From IMG/VR virus record IMGVR_UViG_3300020214_000011: DNA of 64,000 nucleotides; one strand, 5' to 3'. Shown here in pieces: positions 48,001 to 53,395 of the stretch. The stretch comes from an uncultured virus (IMG/VR IMGVR_UViG_3300020214_000011) (taxonomy: Duplodnaviria; Heunggongvirae; Uroviricota; Caudoviricetes). How positions within the stretch are numbered: position 1 is the stretch's first letter; each line of letters starts with the position of its first letter. A program made the translations under genes and the position numbers. The notes under the pieces are model-generated. The model worked only from the letters and a program-made list of their open reading frames with translations. It did no database searches and was not told the DNA's origin.

Positions 48001-48780
48001 AAGACGAGGGTGGAGAGTCTCTGGAGGCCGTACATCGAACTCAGCCTCGAGCGGGCGAGGAAGGGCGACGTCCCGAACGACCAGCAGAGACCGACGGTTT
48101 ACATCCTCGGAGGTGCGTCAGGCGTGGGCAAGACACTCGCCCGGACGACAGGACTATCGGGGATACCCAACTACGACAGCGCTGTCGTTGCCGACCCCGA
48201 CGACGCAAAGATCATGATGCCAGAGGCGAGGCTGTGGTATGCGAGGAGGCTGCCCAACGGGTCCAGCCTTGTTCACGCCGAGTCGCGCCAGGTGACGGCC
48301 GTGATGGCGAGAGCCGCGACCAAGGAGGGGCTGGACCTCGTGTACGACACCAGCGGGCAATTCAACGACGGTTTCAGGGACATCACGGACTGGAGGAAGA
48401 TGGGGTACGACGTGGTGGCGCACTATTTCTTCGCCCCCGAGAGCACCCTGCAGCAGAGGGTCATTGACCGACAGAGTCAGTTCGGGCGCGGCGTCCCACC
48501 GTACATCGTTTCCCAGATCCAGTGGAACCTCATGCAAATGATCCCAGACTTCATGGCGCGACAGTTGTTCGACGAGCTGTACATATGGGACTCGGAGAAG
48601 GACCCGGCCAAACCGCAACTGGTTGGCCAGCTCCTGCTCGGGCAGCAGGGCCAGCCCTCGACGTTGGAAGTGAAGCACCCGTATCTCTTCAGGTATCTGT
48701 TCCAGGACAGGACCGCACCGGACGGGGGCAAGATCGAACCTCGCAAAACGAAGATCATAACCATCCCATTCAGTAAATGA
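33049..48780 (+). CDS. Giant multidomain protein F (5243 aa): Cys motif, shared motif, 11 delimiters, HTH elements, Clp-N repeat module, Nudix hydrolase, C-terminal zeta-toxin-like kinase
   Basis: 15.7-kb open frame. Nudix box GGLKDEGEDFMTTAARETAEEVG; Walker A GGASGVGKT with DPDDAK, HAES and VYDTSG; Clp-N repeats RFTDDA...GHML and YSKAAK...GDEYVDLGDLL. Confidence 0.85.
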   Translation: MDDSTEQGDCCPISGGEIEQKDIAFGPRRVRPDSFDAYVDKESARARARMLGCIGIRQYSSTAGGTVWMPCSNESDYRKVTGQDNLSRRQRRRMLKAAFADDLETKALGSTIGTVSGQVNMNPFTAIDADLDGLVLEGLPQINMGRGVPDPTPGRAEIPSAPTSPLRRMDWSPFDMARPTQEVPTPPVRKRDQRMNRPSAKLRMEQFRDNVEAALKDDLFANSWQNAVTDFINSDILGDDDSDQYLNQNLYSIVEDVASRVESVVDEQPEFSVPRGRTRRDAADATSARLTAKVLGTVSELMNNPPDAMTGRDDVVRRLTSSLLESGARRVADTGGKPGVWAFLIQAILGGAIGVQGGWELLARVFGIENSTGWIPHPTGRSLEILSPSLARQRSNEARSRALERVTRTMDALRNAGFAIADAGDIPSVADDIAEVLDGDRSTDLPGDLLPKDTAKSSSLDEVIRRMREATGIKDSVATRRRRDTRTYVEEDLITRNRMDLVGIPTGILDVFDSSSVPAPTPSDGSAARLITSGGVDGLNPMNAKLLYDAMSDQNFLRTFVAPADSPYAAQLATLIEQGRLPKVVAAILEMSPESVEDFLAVNPRPLIMSARSARKKLRPAGSWMARIDHDPFEVAAHLMRAKDYHISAIANGSDSPVLLDAVDELVGNNASETSAIFSSIVANNKQRLADAYDGSLQLARSGNGLLMAARNLISNATENDSTWSASRNAISDASRAMVSAEDVSAGMANTASRYGRNYPRHRRKSGDWSPIANKIRDSIRRYKSRYGAPAANSADLARFVDFSYPELLDEAAELIDLMKQKIEFGSLAMADYASDGWRNRDVAELALDEFDPTNLESIFDPGSRMGLLKAIGVNLAAAAKMAPSRSERDGVMDILDEVNSWSFTVLPLYTEPRSVTSRRRGIFPSVSSDAEAGMTVNRGVPEDIRQTLMSRSAPLGSETEGTPKIRMRRKLIERANELLAAKQSDDLVDRIGMDPKGPVIDIAETFLVTAEQFRWDQQTTASFYEDVAEMMNEMVQEVPNAKKRQLLADMFTDALEDIAENMDDGNTEFFASTGDIPSRTVGRLARRLGQTDQPRARSDSEAGMVGPDDEPRAIVEPMPEFPDDEPRAIVEPMPEFPDDEPRAIVEPMPEFPPTPPRRTMTDGEMVTIYGEVQRIFRSLDNPNISKNPNDAASWREKMRAAGINIPFSSDEGLDEVADQTLPDAPDDPRAVFSDPFAGVSQDAVRYLDDLMSIVLEEIGASISGTTEDFVRDLRRRTGVRNSSEFHDLVRALSTSDGRATLADFSEQVMENNYLTTSAIKKRMTDRFPDFYDVMDYSGSGGGDAEAGMSGPIVDRIRERYVAQRKIRELGGVAKINDEKDYKMRQTEARRRRLLSMAEPDGFFDFVTRGVTDQRSPLYLRPIAERMGGLYQYVKEMSDAQVDATWQGLENFVNQARRDMFGGGLSSPYMTLYNAAKAKTTMDDPDFRPEGGRFSDEELLSRMETNSWDEILPPPLDMRISESDVDAVPSFRAKAQAALEVIAIDRAQLMELLTGEKTSEEAKGKISEELETQARNVRQTIARRAGKVEYVPTQLHMEQITAADGITPLDSESLVAFVSTLDNAQLSYVSSASISTEEAKELVKAESRAISFASASRKLFAIKSMADLEPEEASYFWIKAERLIGDATISKPVKKLITAIVDDNVVAASQALSEIEPTDDNENSLVKTMWEMGRNSKGTFVTALLPPSIDEAERDAMLRTKALGVLKSQPDGGRAMARRTIDHLPKDGRGYEPVRIVPELGEGEAKIISLAEAIRAYDGSSESAAKIIEAMTDPQIERLRNNYIIPSIIQRMDRRAHEARLEQSSIAQTRARIDNLGRRLELLTFGTVDSGNTVEEIISRTDEALSKAFGDRVSDLSMLSREERRYYGDIIDYFISGGTEIFDDPSQYGMASRALKEAAAEVPENPTLPPLDPNPDAPPPPDDESVTNVAPDAPKSNDDGFWDSMDIEAGMAPPTPGPPVPPDEPPKRRLEAMPEETARKLFGDDIAGFVREGTWTFGDTTFPRTAIPEEATLARKVISALFAVQQGEMPDEVSERMRSEGIYSAAQLIFRALSARTLEKIRNMPDPPYDFPAGPYDPRSDKDKDRQSFFLAAMQEYMSLHLALGGGALPIYDDAPGREPSRYSFELTREDFQMVIQDDDLMNYKLIYNPGQPNEAVRADEAVAAREEFVGDPSEHPLIQSIDRTMHNLRRQFPAFTDWLNQDNRYSRILGGTHYEKDEKGFGTGIIDLVRADPSSMDLEKVIREVVEQFVDRGHLHGADSSRLVADARSLGPDPDDASPFPSMTSYPSPEFLETFSKPDADIARHKKIATSTAKASAVARQSWWTMFTTGTLMDQFEIAAVTVTDKGDNFHPDAILAGLRKYARDNNLADQFDAYLAAAQAASAARFNSVALQTIQNTLNEIARNTPKGIKGELLRLAQLKKVLERQYKELSRHYQDRIRAKIQTIYSAWALLYSSYVAERDLVNRQIARGQITPQQAVDRLQKAYFDMQPTMYAAINQISDLSRRADASTRARAVIEIQQREIDNRIEEIKQAARLTGRDAEAGMALMTGINNAFDNLAEDPSGLSDDYKGGSSIGRSRFGVVGGDRVGAPRARRLLTTNEKKLASAISRMNDMFSQNNVDELGQVPSIRAAMETLRGGRPDRVVPQIRTGDLGEIEQAKATAAMMMRADAEAEATTRRILGARFKRFSDLAMSSLPGLTRRVVEDIVVDGVAEAMRANAVREADLDAALTMYSEAIRNVKYMSVFNPVQRTADILNVEPDDVSDAIATESMIMKTSNLLRMAQSYASSLSGAYGRNSVLRMTNNRFPELRNFGPLFLESIFASPSDASLRKLNSAISLNKLMRFNSRAAAAAFGVSDDVAQVISASAAPRTRPTELSNPLPHDWNFMTFRDRQSWLGSEEAFNSLGRAGVNDELSKLQSQIEDFGSMDGPYPALARIITGNATSTGAFGRQLITADGRSPIFSSVGFARGDMVRNGRNQISALVDAVPGISQMSDRALSRFLGAPYDVIAEFRRDGAAASPEVAERLALAFGKISSEVWPSDAPQSDADPGNFYWLGSTWDRSGEIIAAIGEGADQYAVAADMPNGQFVAERVTQLVEDGTVGRFYDQIGLEEITTEDAQSFVASVAPRSRKGVVEILASSGYREQDIIDATGFNPNTVRNSLHELRKQGLLPEVVGSPRWIARNGDAVIADFSSGVSKRALMRKYGIGAKTLDSIIGSSRDGSRMDDAYGDAEAGMSNRRLPDNTPMSDGPHPDWRDERQTRADGTPVDRETQSPPANVANPFVTPGSPASLGLNGEIKDPEKMQDWARALSAWISFALEGGYFKNRTEEMSKSELLLAGLFGDSGGPGFEEAEFEIGMTDPVRGKRFKAFEIATRQDNPANELLSINAVPSIIRPQFDATGVYTGILPMLRGMILATYDKYFKKLSDRELGSWEGVSTQDLVDAGLLDEPEMPRDASDELRLKLWQLRQMMRNPNMVDAPPLFEPGDEVVMRTIIPLMANADEMNTVRAKHGASPTGILGDPADRIQSSTLGGVELWRGTRDAEFEEMALTGVPMFSNLLLGSVVAGDPEARKIVDNLTPRQIMLSNWVYGMYTALEPLVNAFAEMMPMKRFRSASPNIPEEPGASVMLGDRLYLPTREVDDQVFAFAFDSLFKALQGVSELPEMTILESLPSGEFEKFYGGDSGTNPSKAEALRMSTKILARILADVLATGIYRKAVQSMAKDDDGRTSPFYTDGMQTDWFRLARPRVDSFGYWSMYGPNIVYAGTGGDIYEPGWNDQTNPISELGKSGAQLAVDAVKADKEAMLQLQRVIDETPGKYWWETEAAYGELADDQILNMHPEEFADYVASMSMYGEGELEDEKTSQMLTRLVGRLSAMGYPKAELDRFDEWIGPIIAAMPEGTVTKESVLRQLKNIFPWLDLDRMDDIYPVVGTNFSEAVKEMRRTLGGLAPEAVSAVYRGRDQLILAAESANRALTPDADRKKALETMNLYVIPVIKGLMAVHRTNIEIGFRQVASFAEGLKRLTQATPMSGVQRELMTIASLLAELRLRGSINDVTYSKLMMEITRAGATTMFGDLEFGNTVMEAIANGSTDDVMTFMMLIDDAVSDNVDEDRRREFIDKYKGYMTAAQSAFGDAFEQHIRSGFYGSVKTIGEAVREMEPFILATERARRRRILLQRYKREVIDPVKDSLLTDEEKFKDLRTFNEWLDASGFPDLTYDKGNSGGDGEAAMSATTRTAMARFTDDAASAVVEGYEDSAKSGSSRLNLGHMLSGAWRALMTDTKSGSYASKLRRLNIRPERMAAALASITTPKDGPSPKPTDYSKAAKNAMIGAIRAASRRGDEYVDLGDLLQAILDPSLRGRDDDGVEEALMLADISPNVIRMAIAQARISGGREPMSDAEAGMSASRMAMNSADKRDDLKRNKMLADGMWFNSDRQVPVATGTATDGQLVDEVERLMNVYAIGAARSELEPVDFRSGESPFSNAAIRPTNSRLIHGDNGQEPTDLVGAIRHAMDRADALLTDEMEQRRFHELKSKMRLYFDNDEHMPDEKGDAEAGMARNFNEMIEPITENFGRSEKIGQRQYFEGIYGDADLSEAELRKAADVASLGSPFDISRNLDGNEDDVNWSTGQWSFNRDQTYVEAADSVMIRMRDGDLTTAEIAMISRKSGPFRDAMALVGGLKDEGEDFMTTAARETAEEVGVSLERALQAQYIGTIESPDWDPRFVNGAKVGAGMFVLPWDTPLVAASDAAGARWVPLSEIAAGQHRLAFGHAEWIRRAVAAMQIDPSSDPYGDLRLSIAIRLGLLSKAARVRNQKMIAMVNLVRRATGKKLFPEQGDMPHPMMPWGNRVASSSWRFGPDAEAGMSASPIDDSLPRELGLLSVQSSMPPRLLESGADTAGFYKVGHSRGGDDLFSAWGDKTRVESLWRPYIELSLERARKGDVPNDQQRPTVYILGGASGVGKTLARTTGLSGIPNYDSAVVADPDDAKIMMPEARLWYARRLPNGSSLVHAESRQVTAVMARAATKEGLDLVYDTSGQFNDGFRDITDWRKMGYDVVAHYFFAPESTLQQRVIDRQSQFGRGVPPYIVSQIQWNLMQMIPDFMARQLFDELYIWDSEKDPAKPQLVGQLLLGQQGQPSTLEVKHPYLFRYLFQDRTAPDGGKIEPRKTKIITIPFSK
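36370..36507 (+). repeat. Three exact 45-bp in-frame tandem repeats (PDDEPRAIVEPMPEF)
   Basis: ccggacgacgagccgcgcgccatcgtcgagccgatgccggaattc at 36370, 36415 and 36460. Confidence 0.95.
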
Positions 48781-48825
48781 CCTTGCCACCGAACCCGGAC
48801 CGGAAAGATACACTGGAGGACCGAG

Positions 48826-49029
48826 ATGAGCGACAAGATTGCGGACAGGCCTAGGGCCGGGGCTGGTTTGTCGGCCTGGGAGGCAATACAGTTGTGCGCC
48901 ATCAACCAACTGCCGCTGTCGCACTACGGGCTGTCCGACACGCCAGAAAATAGGAAAACGGTTGACAAACTGCGCGACGAGTACGACGACATGGAGCGGC
49001 GCGGACTGATAATCGAAATAGCGCAGTAA
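48826..49029 (+). CDS. Small hypothetical protein (67 aa) after the zeta-like domain; candidate antitoxin
   Basis: GGAGG RBS. Antitoxin role is suggested by position only. Confidence 0.6.
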   Translation: MSDKIADRPRAGAGLSAWEAIQLCAINQLPLSHYGLSDTPENRKTVDKLRDEYDDMERRGLIIEIAQ

Positions 49030-49156
49030 AAAAACGCTACTTACACTACAAACTCAAGTATTCTGCTAACTTTGAATGCAAGACGCAAGCAGCGGGTGCT
49101 TACCTGGCGCTGTCTGGAAACAACAGCAAACAATACAACGCCCAGGAGGCAAAAAC

Positions 49157-50479
49157 ATGTCGCAAGACACGAGCAGACTCCGCGAGTTGCAGTCAGCGCT
49201 CCGTGAGAAGATGCAGCAGAACAAGGAAATTGCGGACTCGTTCCGCGTGGACAACGGAACGGTCGTCGTGACCACCGAGCAGAAGTCGGCGTTCGACAAG
49301 AACATGTCCGACATCCGCGAGATCAAGGGACTCATCGAGGGTCTCGAATCACTCGGCAAGGTGCAGGACTGGGGTTCAACCTCGGCAGACGCATCGATCG
49401 CCGCCCAGGCAGCAGCCATCACGCCAGTGGTGCAGTCGCCTAGGTCGATCGGCCAACAGTTCGTCGAATCGCCAGAGTTCAAGTCGCTCCAGGGCGGTCG
49501 CAACGGCGCGAACATGGCAGCTCCGTGGCAGTTCAACGGCTCGCTGACCCAGTACGGCGCAAAGGACGTCTACACCTCGATGGCGACGGGCAACCTCGCC
49601 AACGGTGCTGATCCGAACTTCGGAACAGTCCAGCGCGACCCGATGGTCACCCAGCCGACGAGGACGAAGCGAGTCAGGGACTTGTTCCCGTCGCGCTCGA
49701 CCACGGCCTCGACGATCGAGTACTTCCGTCACTTCGGATACACGACGCCTGGCACGACTGCCGACAACAATGCTGCACCGGTCGCCCAGCGCGATGGTGC
49801 CGCATTCGCTGCGAAGCCACAGTCGAGCCTCCAGTTCGTCGCAGAGTCCGCTTCGGTGCGCACGCTTGCCCACTACGAGGCAGCGCACCGCAATGTGCTC
49901 GCAGACGAGCCGCAGCTCCGAAGCATCATCGACAACGAGCTCATGTACGGCCTGCGCCTCCTCGAGGACACGCAGATCCTCAACGGCAGTGGCACGGGTG
50001 AGAACCTGAGGGGCGTCCTCCAGACGACGGGAATCCAGGAATACGACTGGTCGTCGGGTCAGACCGGGGACAACAGGGGAGACGCGATTCGTCGCGCCCT
50101 GACCCTGTCCTTCTTGGCCTACTACGAGCCGACCGGCGTGGTCATGCACCCGAGCGACTGGGAGAAGATCGAACTCTCGAAGGACGACAACGGCCAGTAC
50201 CTGGTCGCGGTTTCCGTGGCTCTCGGCGGTCAGCCGAGGCTGTGGAGGACCTCGGTCGTCGAGTCACCGGCAATCGCCGAGGGCACCGCTCTCGTCGGTG
50301 CGTTCGGTACCGGCGCCCAGCTGTACGACCGCGAGCAAGCGAACATCAGGGTCAGCGAGCAACACGCCGACTTCTTCGTCCGCAACGCGATCGTCATCTT
50401 GGCCGAGCAGCGCCTGGCGCTCGCGGTCAAGCGTCCGGAGGCCTTCGTCAAGGTCACGTTCGACAGCGCGCCAGTCTGA
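49157..50479 (+). CDS. Major capsid protein, HK97 fold, with an N-terminal coiled-coil delta (scaffold) domain
   Basis: AGGAGG RBS. Typical segments VRDLFP, LADEPQLRSIIDNELMYGL...EDTQILNGSG, VVMHPSDW..I.LSKD.NGQYL, FVRNAIVILAEQRLALAVKRPEAFV. Confidence 0.93.
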   Translation: MSQDTSRLRELQSALREKMQQNKEIADSFRVDNGTVVVTTEQKSAFDKNMSDIREIKGLIEGLESLGKVQDWGSTSADASIAAQAAAITPVVQSPRSIGQQFVESPEFKSLQGGRNGANMAAPWQFNGSLTQYGAKDVYTSMATGNLANGADPNFGTVQRDPMVTQPTRTKRVRDLFPSRSTTASTIEYFRHFGYTTPGTTADNNAAPVAQRDGAAFAAKPQSSLQFVAESASVRTLAHYEAAHRNVLADEPQLRSIIDNELMYGLRLLEDTQILNGSGTGENLRGVLQTTGIQEYDWSSGQTGDNRGDAIRRALTLSFLAYYEPTGVVMHPSDWEKIELSKDDNGQYLVAVSVALGGQPRLWRTSVVESPAIAEGTALVGAFGTGAQLYDREQANIRVSEQHADFFVRNAIVILAEQRLALAVKRPEAFVKVTFDSAPV

Positions 50480-50492
50480 TCTGATCTGAGCT

Positions 50493-50548
50493 GACGCGAA
50501 GGCGTCGCCCCCGTCCTAGCCGAGGAACATTCGGCCGGGGCGGGGGCG
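50493..50548 (+). terminator. GC-rich stem-loops after the capsid gene (possible terminator without a U-tract, or a 3' stabiliser)
   Basis: GACGC-GAAG-GCGTC, followed by CGCCCCCG...GCCGA-loop-TCGGC...CGGGGGCG. Confidence 0.5.
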
Positions 50549-50624
50549 TCGTCCTGTCGGGGACTTACCACGACGAAAGAATTTTCGTGGGACAATTGTC
50601 CCAAGAATCAACCGGAGAAAATCC

Positions 50625-52994
50625 TTGGACCCAAACGAACTACTCGCTAAGCTGGTCTCAGGCGAGCTCTTGGTCGTCGTCCAGCAGGAACCGACGAAGC
50701 CAGTCCAGACCAAACCCAAGCTCGCGCCCGAGGAGCAGGAGCTAGCCGACTCGCTTGTGGCGATAGCGAGGAAGTACGGGAAGTTCAACGAGGACGAGAC
50801 CGGGATCTGGGCGGGCTACGAGGCCGCCAAGGACAACGTCGTCGCGCACATCGGGGTGAGGTGCGCCAACTGCGCCCTGTACGAGGGCAACGGCGTGTGC
50901 AAGATCATCGCCCAGAAGGTCGAGGACGGCGGCAAGTGCAGGTTCGCCGTGATACCTGACGGGGTGGTCGGCGGCGTCTACGACCCGGCCAAGGCCCCGG
51001 TGATTCCCGTCAGCTCGGGGAAGAGGAAGATCAAGGTCAAGGAGGAATCGGCCACCTCGTGCCCCAAGGCGACCAGGGACATCGCCACGAACCTGAAGAA
51101 CAGGGCGAAGGCGATCAAGACTGCGATGTACGGGCCGCTGAACCCGAAGGAACCGAACGAGGCCTTCTACAAGAAGCTCGGCGCCGAGTGGGACGTCTCG
51201 GCGGACCAGGCGCGCAAGCAGAAGTGCGGCAACTGCTCGATGTTCATCGTCACGCCCGAGATGAAGTCGTGCATCGAGAAGGGCGTGACTGGCCCCAAGG
51301 GCAAGGACGAGTGGGAGGCGATCGACGGAGCCGGCCACCTCGGGTACTGCGAGGCCTTCGACTTCAAGTGCGCCTCGGAGAGGACCTGCAGGGCGTGGGT
51401 GACCGGCGGTCCGATCACCAAGACGAAGTCGGTGAACGTCCGCCAGTCCGTGAAGGCGCTCGGGGCAACCATAGGCGGCAACGTGTCGGTAACCGACGCG
51501 GCCGACATGATCGACCGGGACAGTGACGGAATGATATTCGACGGAACGCCGGACGAGCAACCAGTCAAGAAGAAGCCCGGTCGCGGCCAGCCATATCAAA
51601 GAATGGACAACTCCTTCCTCGAGAAGCGCAGGAGGAGGCACGTCAACCGGTCGCTCAGGGAGCAGGGCATAACCCCGACTCAGGGCAACCAAATACACGA
51701 ACACGACGACGGATCGCTTCATACTTACGGACGCAGCGACGAGGAGAGGGAGGCGAGGGGACAAGCGAGGGCCGACTTCACCGTCGAAGAGGACAGAAAG
51801 AGGTTCGTCAACAATCAATTGCGCAAGAGGGGAATAAAACCAGCTGAAGGCAACTTTACTGTTGATCCGGAAACTGGAGGAAAATACTGGAACGCTCCAA
51901 ACAGAAGCGACGAGGAGCGTCAGGCCAGGCGAGAGGCGAGGGATGAGTACAACCGCCGCATGAACGCGGGCAAGCCGAGACAGAAGCCGTCCACCGGGGA
52001 ACCCGCCAAACCGCCGGTGAAGTATCCACCTGGATACGTTCCCGGCCTGCCTGCCGACAGGTACCCTGACCCTGGTGCGTACGTTCCAGGTAAACCGGCC
52101 GATCGTTACCCCCAGGCGCAGAAGCCGGGAGTTCGCTTCCCCACGGCCGACGACGCCAGGAAGGTAAACGAGCGAAAGTTCCCGCCCCCGAGGGGCTCGG
52201 CGAAACCGAGCACCGGCGGCGTCGTGGACGACGGAAGGTACATCAACGAAAACCCGCAGTTCTACGACTTCCAGACCTGGGAGGACAGGCAAATCCTCGA
52301 CCAGCGCAATGACAAAAAGCGCCAGGCCGCACACGACGCGGCCAAGGCGCGTTACGCCGCAGCGGAAAGGGAGAGGGCCACCAGAAAAGCGGAATCAAAA
52401 CGGCCGACTCCTCCGTCCGCACCGCAAAGGACTTCAAGTCGCCCCACCACTCCGAGCCGGGAACCGCGCAATCTGAAGGAACGATTGGTGACGAACGTTT
52501 TCAAAGACGATGAGAGGCGCTCAAGCAACGGCACGGCCCGGGACCGCGACACGCGACCGGCACCGAATCGGCCCACGGGGGGAAACCGCGACACGCGACC
52601 GGCACCGGATCGGCCAACGGGGGGAGACCGCGACACGCGACCGGGGGACCCACCGCTTCGCGCTCGCATTCCCGAACCTGGATCACCGCCGCAACGAACC
52701 ACGGAACCGGGCAGGTACGGACGTCCCGGCGATCCACCGCTTCGCGCGCGACGACCTGGACCTGGAGACCCACCTCCTCGGACGGAAATAGTTCCGAGGG
52801 GCGACGACGACCGACGACCAAGGCCGGCGACCATCAATCCTCGCGAAATTCCTGGCCGCGACGTGCAAAAGAATCCTCCGTCTCGTACGAAACCGATAAC
52901 CAGAACGCCGAATCCGAACCGCAGAAATCCCGACTCCGACCGAGATCGCCGACCGCGCACTGGAAGGAACTTCGGTCAGGAGCGTGGTAAGTGA
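50625..52994 (+). CDS. Putative virion protein (789 aa): two Cys-rich small domains, a variant of the shared motif and a Pro/Arg-rich repetitive tail
   Basis: TTG after GGAG. RCANCALY..CKII..CRF; CP.AT...NLKNR...YGPLNP...CGNC; KALGATIGG...DRDSDGMIFDGTP. Confidence 0.65.
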   Translation: MDPNELLAKLVSGELLVVVQQEPTKPVQTKPKLAPEEQELADSLVAIARKYGKFNEDETGIWAGYEAAKDNVVAHIGVRCANCALYEGNGVCKIIAQKVEDGGKCRFAVIPDGVVGGVYDPAKAPVIPVSSGKRKIKVKEESATSCPKATRDIATNLKNRAKAIKTAMYGPLNPKEPNEAFYKKLGAEWDVSADQARKQKCGNCSMFIVTPEMKSCIEKGVTGPKGKDEWEAIDGAGHLGYCEAFDFKCASERTCRAWVTGGPITKTKSVNVRQSVKALGATIGGNVSVTDAADMIDRDSDGMIFDGTPDEQPVKKKPGRGQPYQRMDNSFLEKRRRRHVNRSLREQGITPTQGNQIHEHDDGSLHTYGRSDEEREARGQARADFTVEEDRKRFVNNQLRKRGIKPAEGNFTVDPETGGKYWNAPNRSDEERQARREARDEYNRRMNAGKPRQKPSTGEPAKPPVKYPPGYVPGLPADRYPDPGAYVPGKPADRYPQAQKPGVRFPTADDARKVNERKFPPPRGSAKPSTGGVVDDGRYINENPQFYDFQTWEDRQILDQRNDKKRQAAHDAAKARYAAAERERATRKAESKRPTPPSAPQRTSSRPTTPSREPRNLKERLVTNVFKDDERRSSNGTARDRDTRPAPNRPTGGNRDTRPAPDRPTGGDRDTRPGDPPLRARIPEPGSPPQRTTEPGRYGRPGDPPLRARRPGPGDPPPRTEIVPRGDDDRRPRPATINPREIPGRDVQKNPPSRTKPITRTPNPNRRNPDSDRDRRPRTGRNFGQERGK
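52543..52644 (+). repeat. 42-bp in-frame tandem repeat, about 2.4 copies (RDTRPAPxRPTGGx)
   Basis: accgcgacacgcgaccgg at 52543, 52585 and 52627. Confidence 0.85.
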
Positions 52995-53395
52995 TGCAAA
53001 GGTTCTGGTACGGAGCGAAGGTGCTCAACGTGGTCGACGGGGACACCGTGGACCTGATGATCGACCTCGGCTTCAACATTCACCACAAGATCAGGGTCCG
53101 CCTCTTCGGGGTGAACACCCCCGAGTCGAGGACCAAGGACGCGGCCGAGAAGGAGATGGGCCTGAAGGCCAAGTCGTTCACCAAGGACTGGCTCGACAGG
53201 CACCAGTGGGTCTTCGTGAACACCATCCCGGACAAGAACGACAAGTACGGGAGGATCCTGGCGAAGGTCTACTCATCGGACAAGGTGGACGACCCGACGA
53301 CGGCGTGCCTCAACGTCGACATCGTGCAGGCGGGTTTCGCCAGGGAGTACTATGGCGTCGGCGACAAGACCTGGGCGGAGTACAAGCACAAGTGA
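52994..53395 (+). CDS. Thermonuclease (SNase-like) family nuclease
   Basis: VVDGDTVD...RVRLFGVNTPE...DKYGRILA; TGATG coupling to the upstream gene. Confidence 0.88.
   Translation: MQRFWYGAKVLNVVDGDTVDLMIDLGFNIHHKIRVRLFGVNTPESRTKDAAEKEMGLKAKSFTKDWLDRHQWVFVNTIPDKNDKYGRILAKVYSSDKVDDPTTACLNVDIVQAGFAREYYGVGDKTWAEYKHK

Noticed and set aside
33049..48780. Giant ORF as a virion RNA polymerase or tape measure protein
   Set aside because: No DFDGD-type catalytic motif (DADLDG belongs to the shared N-terminal motif). No tape-measure periodicity or tail-gene context. A divergent polymerase in the unassigned modules cannot be excluded without a profile search.
49076..49156. ORF-track upstream starts for the capsid (49076), helicase (59522), ssb (56327), whiB (59665) and XRE (60713) genes
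   Set aside because: Downstream starts have clear RBSs or coupling, and the extensions overlap other genes or promoters.
59..52334. Long minus-strand ORFs opposite the head genes (59-1909, 6820-8373, 10634-13384, 20294-21805, 50742-52334)
   Set aside because: Antisense shadows typical of high-GC coding DNA. They have no motifs, while the + frames carry recognisable domains.
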